Positions 9,639-19,145 of a DNA stretch of 46,624 nucleotides are shown here, in pieces. How positions within the stretch are numbered: position 1 is the first letter of the stretch; each line of letters starts with the position of its first letter. Made by a program: the position numbers and the translations under genes. The notes under the pieces are model-generated. The model did no database searches and was not told where the DNA came from. It saw only the letters and a list, made by a program, of their open reading frames with translations. This DNA comes from a virus (Duplodnaviria > Heunggongvirae > Uroviricota > Caudoviricetes), in the IMG/VR virus record IMGVR_UViG_3300029858_000359. One strand, given 5' to 3'.

Positions 9639-10963
9639 TGCACTGGCACCTTCAGAGGGATCACCGGCACAAAGCCGGGATGCGTAATGGCATTACGCCG
9701 GATAATGTCCGCGTCACGCGCCGCGTTATCAAACCAGGTCGCCGCCAGCACCAGCGCGGGTAAAACCTCATCCGGTGTGCGCTGAATGATCCGTGCAGAC
9801 TGTTCAAGGCGCGTGTTGATATCCGCATTCAGATCTGCTTTCACCCGGCGCAGCGCCAGAAACAGCGCATCGCTGGTTGTACGGGACAACTCCTTATCAA
9901 TTGCCGTATTCAGTGTGTCGCGAATGTCAGTCAGTTCTTCCCACGTCGGCAGGTCAACCGTGTTTTTCACCGCCGGTGCATTGTTCAGTGCCGGATGCGT
10001 GACGGAAGGCCAGCCAGTGCTCTGCGCGGGTGTTGTTGCCTGCCCCACTGCGGAATTCTGCATCACCGCGGAAGTTGTTGGCGCAGGCAATCGGGTGACG
10101 GCATACGCCGCTTCGCTGATTGCGGTCGTACGAAGGGTGCTGGCAACCACGTTACGCTGCTGCGTCGCCGTGGCGGTGGTTTTACTGTCCGTTTTCCAGA
10201 CGCCGCGCGGTTGCAGATCGCTGCCGAGGCTGACACCGGAAAGCGTTTTGATCATGGTGACCAGGTCGCTGGCGTTACCATAAAGGCGTTTCCCGGTACG
10301 CCACATTTTCTGCACCTGCTCAACGAAATTTTTGCCTGACGATGGCGGCGGCAGAAGTACCGAGATATCCCCCTGCAACAGCCTGGCGGCATCCGATACG
10401 GCAGAATCCACCACTTTCATCGCATCAGAAACATACCCCAGCATTATGCTGGCATTACCGATAACGTCGTTCTGCACGAAATCCGCCACACCATCGATAC
10501 TGAAACCGCTGAAGCTGTCACTGATGCAGTCATCCAGTGCAGAACAGGATGACATCAGCGTCTGCGCCGTCGCCGCACCTGATGTGGGGTAAGAGAGTTC
10601 TCCTGCTTCGACAAACTTCAGGTCAAAGCGGACAATACGCCCTTCACTTTTCGATGTGCTGACCCGAACTTCCCCGTCAACACAGACTTTCAGCTCACCG
10701 TATGTCGGATGGACAAGCGTGCCGGGACCGGGTTTATTCAGCGCGTCAATCAGGCGATCGCGCTGGTCAAAGCAGTCATCTCCCACCACATAAGCCGTGA
10801 TGGACGGGCGGAAAGTGACTTTTCCCAGATCTTCGGTATAGGGTTTGTCGCGGTTCGGGTATTCGTGCGTTTCCACACGGCGACCTGTTCCCGCACTTTC
10901 TTCTTCGACCTTAAACGGCACGCCGCGAAATGACGCGTCCTGAAGCCTGTCTTTCCACGTCAT
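9635..10963 (-). CDS. DNA circulation protein, Mu N (gp43)-like
   Basis: N-terminus MTWKDRLQDASFRGVPFKVEEESAGTGRRVETHEYPNRDKPYTEDLG typical of the DNA-circulation N-terminal family. Confidence 0.7.
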   Translation of the reverse strand: MTWKDRLQDASFRGVPFKVEEESAGTGRRVETHEYPNRDKPYTEDLGKVTFRPSITAYVVGDDCFDQRDRLIDALNKPGPGTLVHPTYGELKVCVDGEVRVSTSKSEGRIVRFDLKFVEAGELSYPTSGAATAQTLMSSCSALDDCISDSFSGFSIDGVADFVQNDVIGNASIMLGYVSDAMKVVDSAVSDAARLLQGDISVLLPPPSSGKNFVEQVQKMWRTGKRLYGNASDLVTMIKTLSGVSLGSDLQPRGVWKTDSKTTATATQQRNVVASTLRTTAISEAAYAVTRLPAPTTSAVMQNSAVGQATTPAQSTGWPSVTHPALNNAPAVKNTVDLPTWEELTDIRDTLNTAIDKELSRTTSDALFLALRRVKADLNADINTRLEQSARIIQRTPDEVLPALVLAATWFDNAARDADIIRRNAITHPGFVPVIPLKVPVQ

Positions 10964-10980
10964 ATATACTCCGAAAATTA

Positions 10981-11008
10981 AAAAGCCACCTATTAGAAGG
11001 TGGCCTTG
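10981..11008 (-). terminator. Rho-independent terminator of the tail-embedded moron
   Basis: On the minus strand GCCACC-TTCTAATA-GGTGGC hairpin followed by TTTTTAATTTT. Confidence 0.6.
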
Positions 11009-11024
11009 TAATGAATTTTATTAA

Positions 11025-11555
11025 TTAGCGAGTCAGAAACAACGAATCTTTATACTTTTGCTGTTGTTCATTTAAATACTTAGCTGTTTCATCGCTGGCA
11101 AATGGAAATATTACCGTATTTTTAGGCATGGTAATTTCTTTTTTGTCCAGCGTCAGAGTAAACATAGGAACATACTGAGCAGAGTAACGCACCGCAGAAA
11201 CGAGCTCTAGTTTAGACTCTTCAATAACACTTAAATTATCCAGGCTAACTTTCTCTTCATCTTTTTTCTTTGACGCATTTAAAGTTTTTATTACTTTATT
11301 TAATTTCTCCTGAAAATCCTCCTTAAAGTTTTCAGGATTGCCGTCGACAACAAGAATCTGTTCACCCTGATTATCTGGAAAAATAATCTTTGCACTTATC
11401 AATTTATTTTCTTTATAAACATCACCAAGTTTTATGGCTCCTCCAGATAACTGAATAATATGTTCATCTTTAAAGGAGATGTTGCCAGAGATTATGAGAG
11501 ATGAAAAAATAGCCGCTGCTCCAAGAATTACACTTGCTGTGATATAGCCTTTCAT
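11025..11555 (-). CDS. Moron: hypothetical exported or membrane-anchored protein, 176 aa
   Basis: AT-rich insert between tape-measure and DNA-circulation genes, with its own promoter and terminator; N-terminal signal or anchor MKGYITASVILGAAAIFSSLIISG. Confidence 0.65.
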   Translation of the reverse strand: MKGYITASVILGAAAIFSSLIISGNISFKDEHIIQLSGGAIKLGDVYKENKLISAKIIFPDNQGEQILVVDGNPENFKEDFQEKLNKVIKTLNASKKKDEEKVSLDNLSVIEESKLELVSAVRYSAQYVPMFTLTLDKKEITMPKNTVIFPFASDETAKYLNEQQQKYKDSLFLTR

Positions 11556-11590
11556 TTTTCGCCTATTAACATTTTTCTAAATGTGCATTA

Positions 11591-11618
11591 ATTCTATCAC
11601 TCTATTTATGACTTACAA
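11591..11618 (-). promoter_or_regulatory. Putative sigma70 promoter of the moron
   Basis: On the minus strand TTGTAA, 16-nt spacer, TAGAAT. Confidence 0.45.
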
Positions 11619-11646
11619 CCAGCAATACCTGTGAGGGGAATCCTGG

Positions 11647-13479
11647 CTACCAAAATCGGGTATAGCCAACATCGTGATTTATATCAATGCCACTGGAGCG
11701 TGTTTCCGTAACCCGCATATCTGGTGGCATATTTATAAATGATACCTTGATCTCACCATCAACTTTTGGCGCGGTAGCTTTATTAATCATGAAGGGATTC
11801 GAGCCTGTGGCATCGGAGGCGTTGTTTGACTGAGCCGGATCTACCGCCTGATAAGGTGTGTATCCCCGCGCCAGTATTCCCGTCCCATAAGCATCATAAG
11901 CACCCGCGCCCCACTGCGCAGAGTTAATGGCATCGACCGTGTCACCGGAACTGTCGGTAAACCACTCAATAATTGGCTTCAGCTTGTCCCACATATCCTG
12001 AAACCACTTAACAACCGGTCCCCAGTTATTGATTACCATCCCCAGCGGCGACCAGGCAAAAACCTTCTTCAGAAGTTCCCAGCCAGCCTCAAAATAAGGA
12101 CCAATGGTTTCCCAGAGCTTCTTGAAATAAGGTCGGACAACATCCCAGTTAGTGATAATTAATCCCGCAGCCAGGGCTATCGCCGTCGCAATCATTCCAA
12201 TCGGCGTCATCGACATGATCCTGCTGACAATACTGATGGCACCGCCAACGCCCATCAATCCCAGTTTCAGAATCGCAAGACCGGCAGCAAGCCCGACGAC
12301 GCTGCGAATAACCCGGGGATTTTCATCCGCAAACTTCGTGAATTTTTCCCCTAACTCCCCCAGCCATTGCGTGATATTTTTGGCGTCACCAGAAAATGCG
12401 CCACCAATAGCCGCAAGGCCGTTAGTTGCGGTCCCCGTCATTGCCTCCCACAGGTTGGACAGCGTACCAAGCTGGGCCTGAACACGTTTATTCAGGCTGG
12501 CCTGTTTATTCATCTTCTGCTGGATCTGATCGTAGCCATCCTTTCCTTTATCGATTAGTGCATTGACCACCTGAAGGGTTTCGGCATCATCACCAAATAT
12601 TGCCTTAAGTACACCTGTTCGCTTAACGTCGGTCAGTTTTCGCAGCTTTGCCAGTTGCCTGAACATGTTATCAAGACCGCCAAAACTTCCTTTGCCGTCA
12701 GTAAAATCGAGCTGTACCCCGAGTTTCTGGCGGGCCATGACTTTATTGACGTCCCTGATTTTCTTAACGCTTAATCCGGACTGGATAACTTTTCGCAGGG
12801 CATTACCTGCCGACTCCCCGTTCATCCCCATCTGATCCATCATGACGCTGATAGGGGCAAGGCTCTGTGCAGCCTGAAGTCCGTCCTTATTCACCATCTT
12901 CAGAACAGAACTGGTTTTAGTGAAGAAGGACAACATGTTGGTATCGTCAACGCCCAGATAAAACGCCTTCTGGATAGTGTCGAACAGCCCCATCATGTCT
13001 TCTGACGCCGTTCCGGTAGCATCCTGCATCTTTGCAGCAAACTCAGCAGCCGCTTCCGGTGTTTTTTTCAGTTGTACCGCAAGATAAGCTGTCGCTTTAC
13101 CCACACCACCAAGAATGTTTTCTGCCGGGATCCCCTGACGCACCAGCATCTGCATCATGTTCTGGAAATCAGCCGTTGTACCGGGTAGCTGGTTACCCAG
13201 GCCAATAGCCAGTTTATTGATGTCCTGAAAGCTCTTTCCAACCTCGCCGTTCGCATCCATCATGGCGACTTTCAGCCCGGTGGCGGCGTTTTCCTGATCG
13301 GCATAAGATTTCAGGGAAAGCGTCAGACCCGCTGCCAGTCCGCCACCAAGCGCCAGCCCACCCTGTGACGCTTCTTCCGCCTGGCGTTTAAATCCCCGGA
13401 TTTTCTTTTGCATTTTCGACAGCGCGGGAGAAAGCCTGTCGACACCGGTGATCAACGCCTTAAGCTCAAATTCCGCCAT
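11647..13479 (-). CDS. Tail tape measure protein
   Basis: 610-aa ORF, Ala/Gly/Leu-rich with hydrophobic C-terminal region, downstream of the frameshifted chaperone pair. Confidence 0.8.
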   Translation of the reverse strand: MAEFELKALITGVDRLSPALSKMQKKIRGFKRQAEEASQGGLALGGGLAAGLTLSLKSYADQENAATGLKVAMMDANGEVGKSFQDINKLAIGLGNQLPGTTADFQNMMQMLVRQGIPAENILGGVGKATAYLAVQLKKTPEAAAEFAAKMQDATGTASEDMMGLFDTIQKAFYLGVDDTNMLSFFTKTSSVLKMVNKDGLQAAQSLAPISVMMDQMGMNGESAGNALRKVIQSGLSVKKIRDVNKVMARQKLGVQLDFTDGKGSFGGLDNMFRQLAKLRKLTDVKRTGVLKAIFGDDAETLQVVNALIDKGKDGYDQIQQKMNKQASLNKRVQAQLGTLSNLWEAMTGTATNGLAAIGGAFSGDAKNITQWLGELGEKFTKFADENPRVIRSVVGLAAGLAILKLGLMGVGGAISIVSRIMSMTPIGMIATAIALAAGLIITNWDVVRPYFKKLWETIGPYFEAGWELLKKVFAWSPLGMVINNWGPVVKWFQDMWDKLKPIIEWFTDSSGDTVDAINSAQWGAGAYDAYGTGILARGYTPYQAVDPAQSNNASDATGSNPFMINKATAPKVDGEIKVSFINMPPDMRVTETRSSGIDINHDVGYTRFW

Positions 13480-13890
13480 GTGTGCGTTTCTCCTGCTCTA
13501 TCCTGTTTGCCTGACTGACCAGCAAGGGAATTTCACTGATCGGCATATTCAGCAATTCGAAAGGATTAATGCGCCAGTAGCTGGCGCAGTCAAAGAAGCG
13601 ATCAGTGAGGTATTCAGCCGTCAGGCCTGGAGGAAAAAACCAGCCACAAGCCACGCCGCTGCATTCAGGTCTGCCGGAGACATCTGGTCGACAGAGCTTT
13701 GCGGCACTTTCGCCAGCCGCACAATGTATTTCGACACCACATGCGCCAGAAGTCTGACTGACTCATCCTGATTCATCTGGTAGGGATACCCCAGCTCGCG
13801 GACATCCTTCCCGGTGGGTTCATCAAACTCCAGTACGGAGAGTGTCTCGCCATGAGCAGTAATCGGTTTCTTTAACTCAAGCTCTTTCAT
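13466..13890 (-). CDS. Tail assembly chaperone pair with -1 programmed frameshift (short product 13621-13890; frameshift extension to 13466)
   Basis: Two overlapping ORFs in 0 and -1 frames directly upstream of the tape measure gene; slippery heptamer T TTT TTC in the overlap. Confidence 0.7.
13632..13638 (-). promoter_or_regulatory. Slippery heptamer for -1 ribosomal frameshifting
   Basis: TTTTTTC on the minus strand within GCT GGT TTT TTC CTC, 5 codons before the 0-frame stop. Confidence 0.6.
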
Positions 13891-14246
13891 TACTGGTAAT
13901 CCCCTTCTTCACCGTGGAACTCAAGATCAACCGTGCCTTCTTCGGCATTATGGTTCGCTTCGCCGTGCAGCCAGGCAGACGACAGTACATAGACCTGACC
14001 GTTCGCCAGCTCGGCAGTGATGGTCATCTCATCAGACGAGGTGATTTTGCTTACCGGAAAATTCTTCGGCACCTTGAAGGTCCCTTTGACATAAGGCGCA
14101 CGGTGAGTTTCCTTGCGGTCCACTGAACCGTCCAGGCCGATGATGTCATCGTTAACCGTTTTGTTCATGGGCACCTCAATGCCGCCGGTCAGCGATAGCT
14201 GCTGACCGTCAATTTTGAAATAACAGGTTCCCCCGATACGGGCCAT
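13890..14246 (-). CDS. Tail tube protein
   Basis: 118-aa ORF directly after the sheath gene. Confidence 0.7.
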   Translation of the reverse strand: MARIGGTCYFKIDGQQLSLTGGIEVPMNKTVNDDIIGLDGSVDRKETHRAPYVKGTFKVPKNFPVSKITSSDEMTITAELANGQVYVLSSAWLHGEANHNAEEGTVDLEFHGEEGDYQ

Positions 14247-15742
14247 TATGCAGACTCCTCTGAATACTGAAGACGGAACTGATTAACCACGGCAAAGACA
14301 CGCAGCTGGTTAACATAGTCAGGCGGGAACAGCGTGTTCAGGCGGTTCGGATCGCTGGCATCACGCTCCACAACCAGGTACTGCTTGAACAGTTCGTAGT
14401 TTTCCACGATCCCCGCACGCTCAAGCTGACGGTAGGTTGCCAGCAGTTCCCCTTTGATCACCGCCGGGGTGACAATCGCCTGACCGGGACCAAAGCGGGT
14501 ACCGTCGCTGGCAAGCTTGTGACGCCCGTACTTACTGGTAATGACGGATTTCAGTTTGCGCAGTACATACGCACTGGTATGCAGCGTCTCGCTGTCGAGG
14601 TAGCTGTTATCCGCAACCCCGTAAGCGTTTTTCCTGTACGTGGTGACATCACGCTGAATGCGCAGTACCCCGCTTTCGACATACGCCGTTGCCACGCCAT
14701 GAGACAGCAGGGTCTGTTGTTCGGCCATCGTGAACCGTTTCCCCTTCGGCGCAGGCAGCATACCCACCAGCTCACCGGTCTGCGTGGGACGTGCCGGATC
14801 GTTGCGGATAAACACCGCTGCGCGGGCGGTACGGCTTGCCGCCAGCTCGTCGGCAGGCGTCTGGGTGTCTTTTTCGTACCCCGCCAGGGTAATGTGCTGC
14901 TGGTTAAACTGGTCACCTGCGGTCACCAGTTCTGACAGCGTGCCGATCTTTGCCGTATACACATGACCATACAGCTGACGCGCATAGCTCCAGCGACCGC
15001 TGGTATCGTTCATCTCGGTCACCAGCGTGTTAACGGAGGCCGTGTCGTTGAACGGCAGGCCGATATAATCAAACGGCTCATCCGCCATTGCAGCCACCGC
15101 GCCGGTGAGAACAGGAGCGCCTGTTCCGGCGGTACCCGTCGCCACGGCAATCTGTACGCCCGCTGGCAGCACTTCGCCCCCACCAAAGCCGTAGTAATTG
15201 AGGCTGACAGGAATTTCATTCCCGCAAAGCCCCTTATGACGCGCGGTCAGTGTAACCACGCCAGCCGAAGATGAGGCCGTAAACGGCAGGGCCGGAACGG
15301 CATTGATGGCATCCTGGATACTGCTGGCAATCGTCGCGACGTTATCGCCGTTGGTCACCGGTGCCTGCACGCGGGTACGTCCCACATAAACATTCACCGT
15401 GCCGGTTTCGGTTGCCGCGCCGGTCACCGTCAGCGTAACTGTTGCCGCCGCGCCCGTGGATTCAGGAACGGCAATCACATACAGTTCACCAAACGGGTCG
15501 GTCTGGCGATAAGCCTCGACCATACGCGCCAGCTGACTTCCCGCACCACAAATCTGGCGTGCATAGTCTGCCGATGGCATCAGCACCAGACTGTTGGCAA
15601 CAATCTCTGCACCGTTACTGGCATGACCAATCAGCAGCGATGCCCCGCTGTCCTGTGCAGTATTCGCCGCCTGGTTATCCATTTCCGCATAAAACAGCGG
15701 AACCAGCGTATTCGACGGAATGGTGTTAAAGCTTATCGTCAT
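14246..15742 (-). CDS. Contractile tail sheath protein
   Basis: 498-aa ORF, position upstream of tube gene. Confidence 0.8.
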   Translation of the reverse strand: MTISFNTIPSNTLVPLFYAEMDNQAANTAQDSGASLLIGHASNGAEIVANSLVLMPSADYARQICGAGSQLARMVEAYRQTDPFGELYVIAVPESTGAAATVTLTVTGAATETGTVNVYVGRTRVQAPVTNGDNVATIASSIQDAINAVPALPFTASSSAGVVTLTARHKGLCGNEIPVSLNYYGFGGGEVLPAGVQIAVATGTAGTGAPVLTGAVAAMADEPFDYIGLPFNDTASVNTLVTEMNDTSGRWSYARQLYGHVYTAKIGTLSELVTAGDQFNQQHITLAGYEKDTQTPADELAASRTARAAVFIRNDPARPTQTGELVGMLPAPKGKRFTMAEQQTLLSHGVATAYVESGVLRIQRDVTTYRKNAYGVADNSYLDSETLHTSAYVLRKLKSVITSKYGRHKLASDGTRFGPGQAIVTPAVIKGELLATYRQLERAGIVENYELFKQYLVVERDASDPNRLNTLFPPDYVNQLRVFAVVNQFRLQYSEESA

Positions 15743-15896
15743 CGGTGTTCACCTTTTTATTCACGCGCCGGATATCACCCGCTGCTTCGCGGCGCAGCCA
15801 GTAGTTGTTCTCATCAACATTTCGCCCCTCGGCGGGCAAAAGGTCGCCGCGGGCAGGGTCAGGCACTGACCGCCCTTTAACAGGTTTCACAAACAT
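15726..15896 (-). CDS. Small hypothetical phage protein, about 56 aa (not in the ORF track)
   Basis: Minus-strand ORF MFVKPVKGRSVPDPARGDLLPAEGRNVDENNYWLRREAAGDIRRVNKKVNTDDDKL with GAGGA ribosome-binding site, overlapping the sheath start. Confidence 0.4.
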   Translation of the reverse strand: MFVKPVKGRSVPDPARGDLLPAEGRNVDENNYWLRREAAGDIRRVNKKVNTDDDKL

Positions 15897-15904
15897 GAGG
15901 ATCC

Positions 15905-16465
15905 TCAGGAAGGAAGGGTTATTTCGGTGTGATGTTCGATATCGCCGTCAGGCCCGTTACCGGGCTCGAGATAATCAACATCAATCGCCAGCGTTTGCAG
16001 TTCATCCAGACTGTTCAGATCATCCTGCTGGCGGGTATCGTCTTCAGTCAGCTCGCTGATGACCGAAAAATCGAACTGATAAATCAGCTCATGACGATTC
16101 AGATCCAGCAGCGTGCCGCCGTCATAGGTAATCGGGTTACCGCACGCTTCCGGGTTCCAGCCCAGCAGGGCCTTAAAGAGCATCTGCCGGACATCGTCCA
16201 CCACATCATACGAAGCAAACTGACCGCGCTCATCACGCCCGTTACTCAGTATGACAACCACGGAGAAGCCCTCTTTCAGCTCCTGCCAGTAGTCGGTCTG
16301 GCTTTTGTTTTCTCCCGGAGAGTCATCACCCGGTACCACATACGCCGCCGGGAGTCTCAGCTTTCCGACCTCCGGCAGATTTTTGAACTGTGCCGCGCCT
16401 GCCACCCGGTTTTCAAAATACGGGCAGCGGGCACGCAGCGCAGCAATAACAGGCGTCAGTTTCAT
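15905..16465 (-). CDS. Putative tail terminator or completion protein
   Basis: 186-aa ORF immediately upstream of the sheath gene. Confidence 0.45.
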   Translation of the reverse strand: MKLTPVIAALRARCPYFENRVAGAAQFKNLPEVGKLRLPAAYVVPGDDSPGENKSQTDYWQELKEGFSVVVILSNGRDERGQFASYDVVDDVRQMLFKALLGWNPEACGNPITYDGGTLLDLNRHELIYQFDFSVISELTEDDTRQQDDLNSLDELQTLAIDVDYLEPGNGPDGDIEHHTEITLPS

Positions 16466-16968
16466 CTGCGTCGTCGCTCCGGCTTCAGTGATTTACGTAA
16501 TTCCCGCGCCAGAAAATAGCGTGTCCAGCTGCGGTTCTTTTCAAGCGTTTCCACCATAAAGTTATTACGTGGAGCCAGCCGCCAGCCGCTGCCACCGGAT
16601 GCACCACGATGATGACTACGACGACGTTTTGCTCCTCCCCGGACACCAAAAAACAGAAACGCCGGATAGAAGTCACCAGAGATCATCCGGTTCCCCTTCC
16701 CGTTGCGCTGGTTAGGGGCAATGCGTGTCATAAAACCGGCTCGCTTTTTACTGGCTCCCGGCACCATGTAACCAATCGAACGAGCCAGGCGTCCGCTCTG
16801 ATAACCGGGGTTTTCACCCGGTGCCGACCGCGCACGGCGCATCACCAGCCGACGGGCATCACGCATATGACGCTGCCCAATCGTGACAAACGCCCGCCGG
16901 ACACGGGCGCGGTTAAAGCGCATCTCCGCGGGCTGCTGAACATCAACGTGAAAAAAGGGAGTCGCCAT
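16462..16968 (-). CDS. Putative virion morphogenesis or head-tail joining protein
   Basis: 168-aa arginine-rich ORF between connector and tail genes. Confidence 0.4.
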   Translation of the reverse strand: MATPFFHVDVQQPAEMRFNRARVRRAFVTIGQRHMRDARRLVMRRARSAPGENPGYQSGRLARSIGYMVPGASKKRAGFMTRIAPNQRNGKGNRMISGDFYPAFLFFGVRGGAKRRRSHHRGASGGSGWRLAPRNNFMVETLEKNRSWTRYFLARELRKSLKPERRRR

Positions 16969-17353
16969 TGCTGCCTCCGTGACTCTGCGTAAATTCGCCC
17001 AGTTCCGTACACTCCAGCAGCAGAAAGCGCCGCGCCCCGTTCAGATCGCGCTGACGTTTCACCCGGTACACACTGTCATCACAGACCACCTCATAATCAG
17101 CAGTGATCCCCCGGCGGTAGCGAATGGTGATGTAATGGGTGATGGCATCTCCGGTCTGCGCGGTTTCCTGCCAGGTGGTGGCACTTGTCTGGATAACCTT
17201 CGCCCATGCCCGGAACGCAACCGGGTATTGAGGCTCCACGCCAAAGTTATCCGCGGGCATATCCACCCGCTGGCGGATCAGGACGCGTTTATTCAGTTCG
17301 CCGGGGTCCGGCAGAATGTAGGTTGCGCTGGTCTGCGCCTGACGAATTTTCAT
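16943..17353 (-). CDS. Putative head closure or head-tail adaptor protein
   Basis: 136-aa ORF in head-tail joining cluster. Confidence 0.45.
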   Translation of the reverse strand: MKIRQAQTSATYILPDPGELNKRVLIRQRVDMPADNFGVEPQYPVAFRAWAKVIQTSATTWQETAQTGDAITHYITIRYRRGITADYEVVCDDSVYRVKRQRDLNGARRFLLLECTELGEFTQSHGGSNGDSLFSR

Positions 17354-17673
17354 TGCGGAAAGTACCTGTACGGGCCGACAAGCCAGCCAAAACTCTGCGG
17401 CATGTCGAGTTTCTCCACTTCCGTAACCGACGAGCGGTTTTCGTAAAAATGGCTGATAAGCATCAACATCCCCAGACGAATATCATCCGGCAGGTGCAGC
17501 CCGTCCGGATCGCTGTCCGGAATGGATTCATCCGGTGCATAGAGCTTCCGGTTCAGATACGTTTCCGTCCGCTTTTGCGCCGCACAGGCAAGCAGTTGCA
17601 GATGGCGGTCATCAGCATCGAAATCCTCATCCAGCCGGAGTTGGGCTTTAATCTCTTCCATTGTCAGAAGCAT
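17350..17673 (-). CDS. Head-tail connector protein (gp6-like)
   Basis: 107-aa acidic ORF downstream of the capsid gene. Confidence 0.5.
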   Translation of the reverse strand: MLLTMEEIKAQLRLDEDFDADDRHLQLLACAAQKRTETYLNRKLYAPDESIPDSDPDGLHLPDDIRLGMLMLISHFYENRSSVTEVEKLDMPQSFGWLVGPYRYFPQ

Positions 17674-17675
17674 AC

Positions 17676-17876
17676 TCAGCTCTCTTTACTGGTCGTGGCT
17701 TTTTTCTCTTTTGCCGCTTTACTGCTTTTTGCACTGGTTCCGCGCTCAGCTAACCCGGCCTGAAGTGCAATCTCCTGCACCCGGGCAGGAAGCGCCCCGT
17801 CGTCATACTCACCGGCCCGAATGACCTCAACACGCATACCGTCCGGTGACCATTTCAGATCTTGTTTCAGGATCAT
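17676..17876 (-). CDS. Hypothetical small protein, 66 aa
   Basis: ORF between capsid and connector genes; lysine-rich C-terminus. Confidence 0.35.
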   Translation of the reverse strand: MILKQDLKWSPDGMRVEVIRAGEYDDGALPARVQEIALQAGLAERGTSAKSSKAAKEKKATTSKES

Positions 17877-17925
17877 GATTCTTCACCCGTCAGAACAGGG
17901 GGCGCGGTTCCGCGCCCCTGAATGA

Positions 17926-19131
17926 TTACGCCGCTGCAATCTTCAGCAGTTTGATGGCCTGCGAATCGACCAGCATCCCGCCGGTGCGCTTGGTGGTATA
18001 AAAACCGACAAACGGTTTATTGGTGTACGGATCACGCAGAATGCGGGTGCCGATACGGTCAACGATGGTGTAACCCCGTTTGAAGTTACCAAATGCAATG
18101 GCTTTCGCATCAGCGGCGATATCCGGCATCTGTTCGTTTTCAGCGATACCGTAACCCGCCAGAGAGGACGGCTGCCCCAGTTCCAGCCCCGGACGCCACA
18201 GATAGTTACCCTCGCTGTCTTTAAGTAGACGGATGGCAAACAGGCTGTTGTTGTTCATCATGAACTTCGCGCCAGTGCGGTGTGCCTTACGCAGCGTGTA
18301 AATCAGTTTGATAATGGCGTCTGCGGTCACCGCCGTCGCTTCGCCGGATACAATATGCTGAAGTTTGCCGAACGCCCGGACCTTATCGGTTTCATCAGTG
18401 GATTCATACGCCAGGAACCCTTTCGGCTTCTTGGTACCATCGCCGGTGGTAAAGGCAATTTCTTCCTGTTCGGCAAATTCGGTTGCCAGCTCGCTGTTGA
18501 TCCATGCTTCCACGTTGAAAAAGGCATCATCCAGCATTTTCTGGGTGGCCTGCGGGTTACCGTAGATTTCCCCCATGAAAGGTTCAATCAGTCCCAGTTT
18601 TGAGGTGGCAGTCTGGGAGCGCGCGTCAGTCTCGCCAACCCATCCGGAAGCCGTGCCGCCCAGATTCACCAGTTTTTTATAGTCGGAACCGCCAACGGTG
18701 ATCACCGTGGCTTCCTGGCGCATCACCACTTCATCTTTCAGCAGGGTGAGAATGTTGCGATCCAGTGCTTCCGGCACGGCATAGCCACCGTCTTCATCGG
18801 TGCCCACCTGTAATGCCTTGCGCTCCAGATCGCGCAGACCGTCTTCACGGCCTTTACGCAGGAAGCCCACAAACGCTTCTTTATGCTCGGTGGCCAGTTT
18901 ATTTTGCGCACCACCTGCCGGACGTTTCAGCTCAAGCAGCTCTTTTTCAAGGTCGCTTTTGAGATTTTCCAGCTCGCTGAGTTTCCCGTTCAGGGTTTCC
19001 ACCTGCCCGGCAAGCTTGCCTTTTTCCTGCTCAATCGCCTCAACGCGCTTGTCGTTCTTTGCTTTGAAGTCGTCAAACTTCTGCTGCAGCTCCTGCGCGA
19101 CCTGTTCGACATCTTTAATATCTACCGCCAT
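17926..19131 (-). CDS. Major capsid protein, HK97 fold
   Basis: 401-aa ORF with N-terminal coiled-coil delta domain, downstream of the prohead protease. Confidence 0.85.
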   Translation of the reverse strand: MAVDIKDVEQVAQELQQKFDDFKAKNDKRVEAIEQEKGKLAGQVETLNGKLSELENLKSDLEKELLELKRPAGGAQNKLATEHKEAFVGFLRKGREDGLRDLERKALQVGTDEDGGYAVPEALDRNILTLLKDEVVMRQEATVITVGGSDYKKLVNLGGTASGWVGETDARSQTATSKLGLIEPFMGEIYGNPQATQKMLDDAFFNVEAWINSELATEFAEQEEIAFTTGDGTKKPKGFLAYESTDETDKVRAFGKLQHIVSGEATAVTADAIIKLIYTLRKAHRTGAKFMMNNNSLFAIRLLKDSEGNYLWRPGLELGQPSSLAGYGIAENEQMPDIAADAKAIAFGNFKRGYTIVDRIGTRILRDPYTNKPFVGFYTTKRTGGMLVDSQAIKLLKIAAA

Positions 19132-19145
19132 CGTATTTCTCCTGA

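Noticed and set aside
9786-10339. Plus-strand ORFs (9786-10283, 9995-10339, 10332-10592) overlapping the DNA-circulation gene
   Set aside because: Antisense shadow ORFs in GC-rich coding DNA; low-complexity Arg/Ala/Cys-rich translations; the minus-strand gene has clear family motifs.
14519-16559. Multiple overlapping ORFs on both strands inside the sheath and tail-terminator genes (for example 14519-14935, 14963-15274, 15929-16519)
   Set aside because: Overlap long structural genes whose order and size fit the tail module; no ribosome-binding sites or plausible protein composition.
17206-17763. 185-aa plus-strand ORF across the connector and adaptor genes
   Set aside because: Antisense to two well-supported head-tail genes; Arg/Pro-rich shadow translation.
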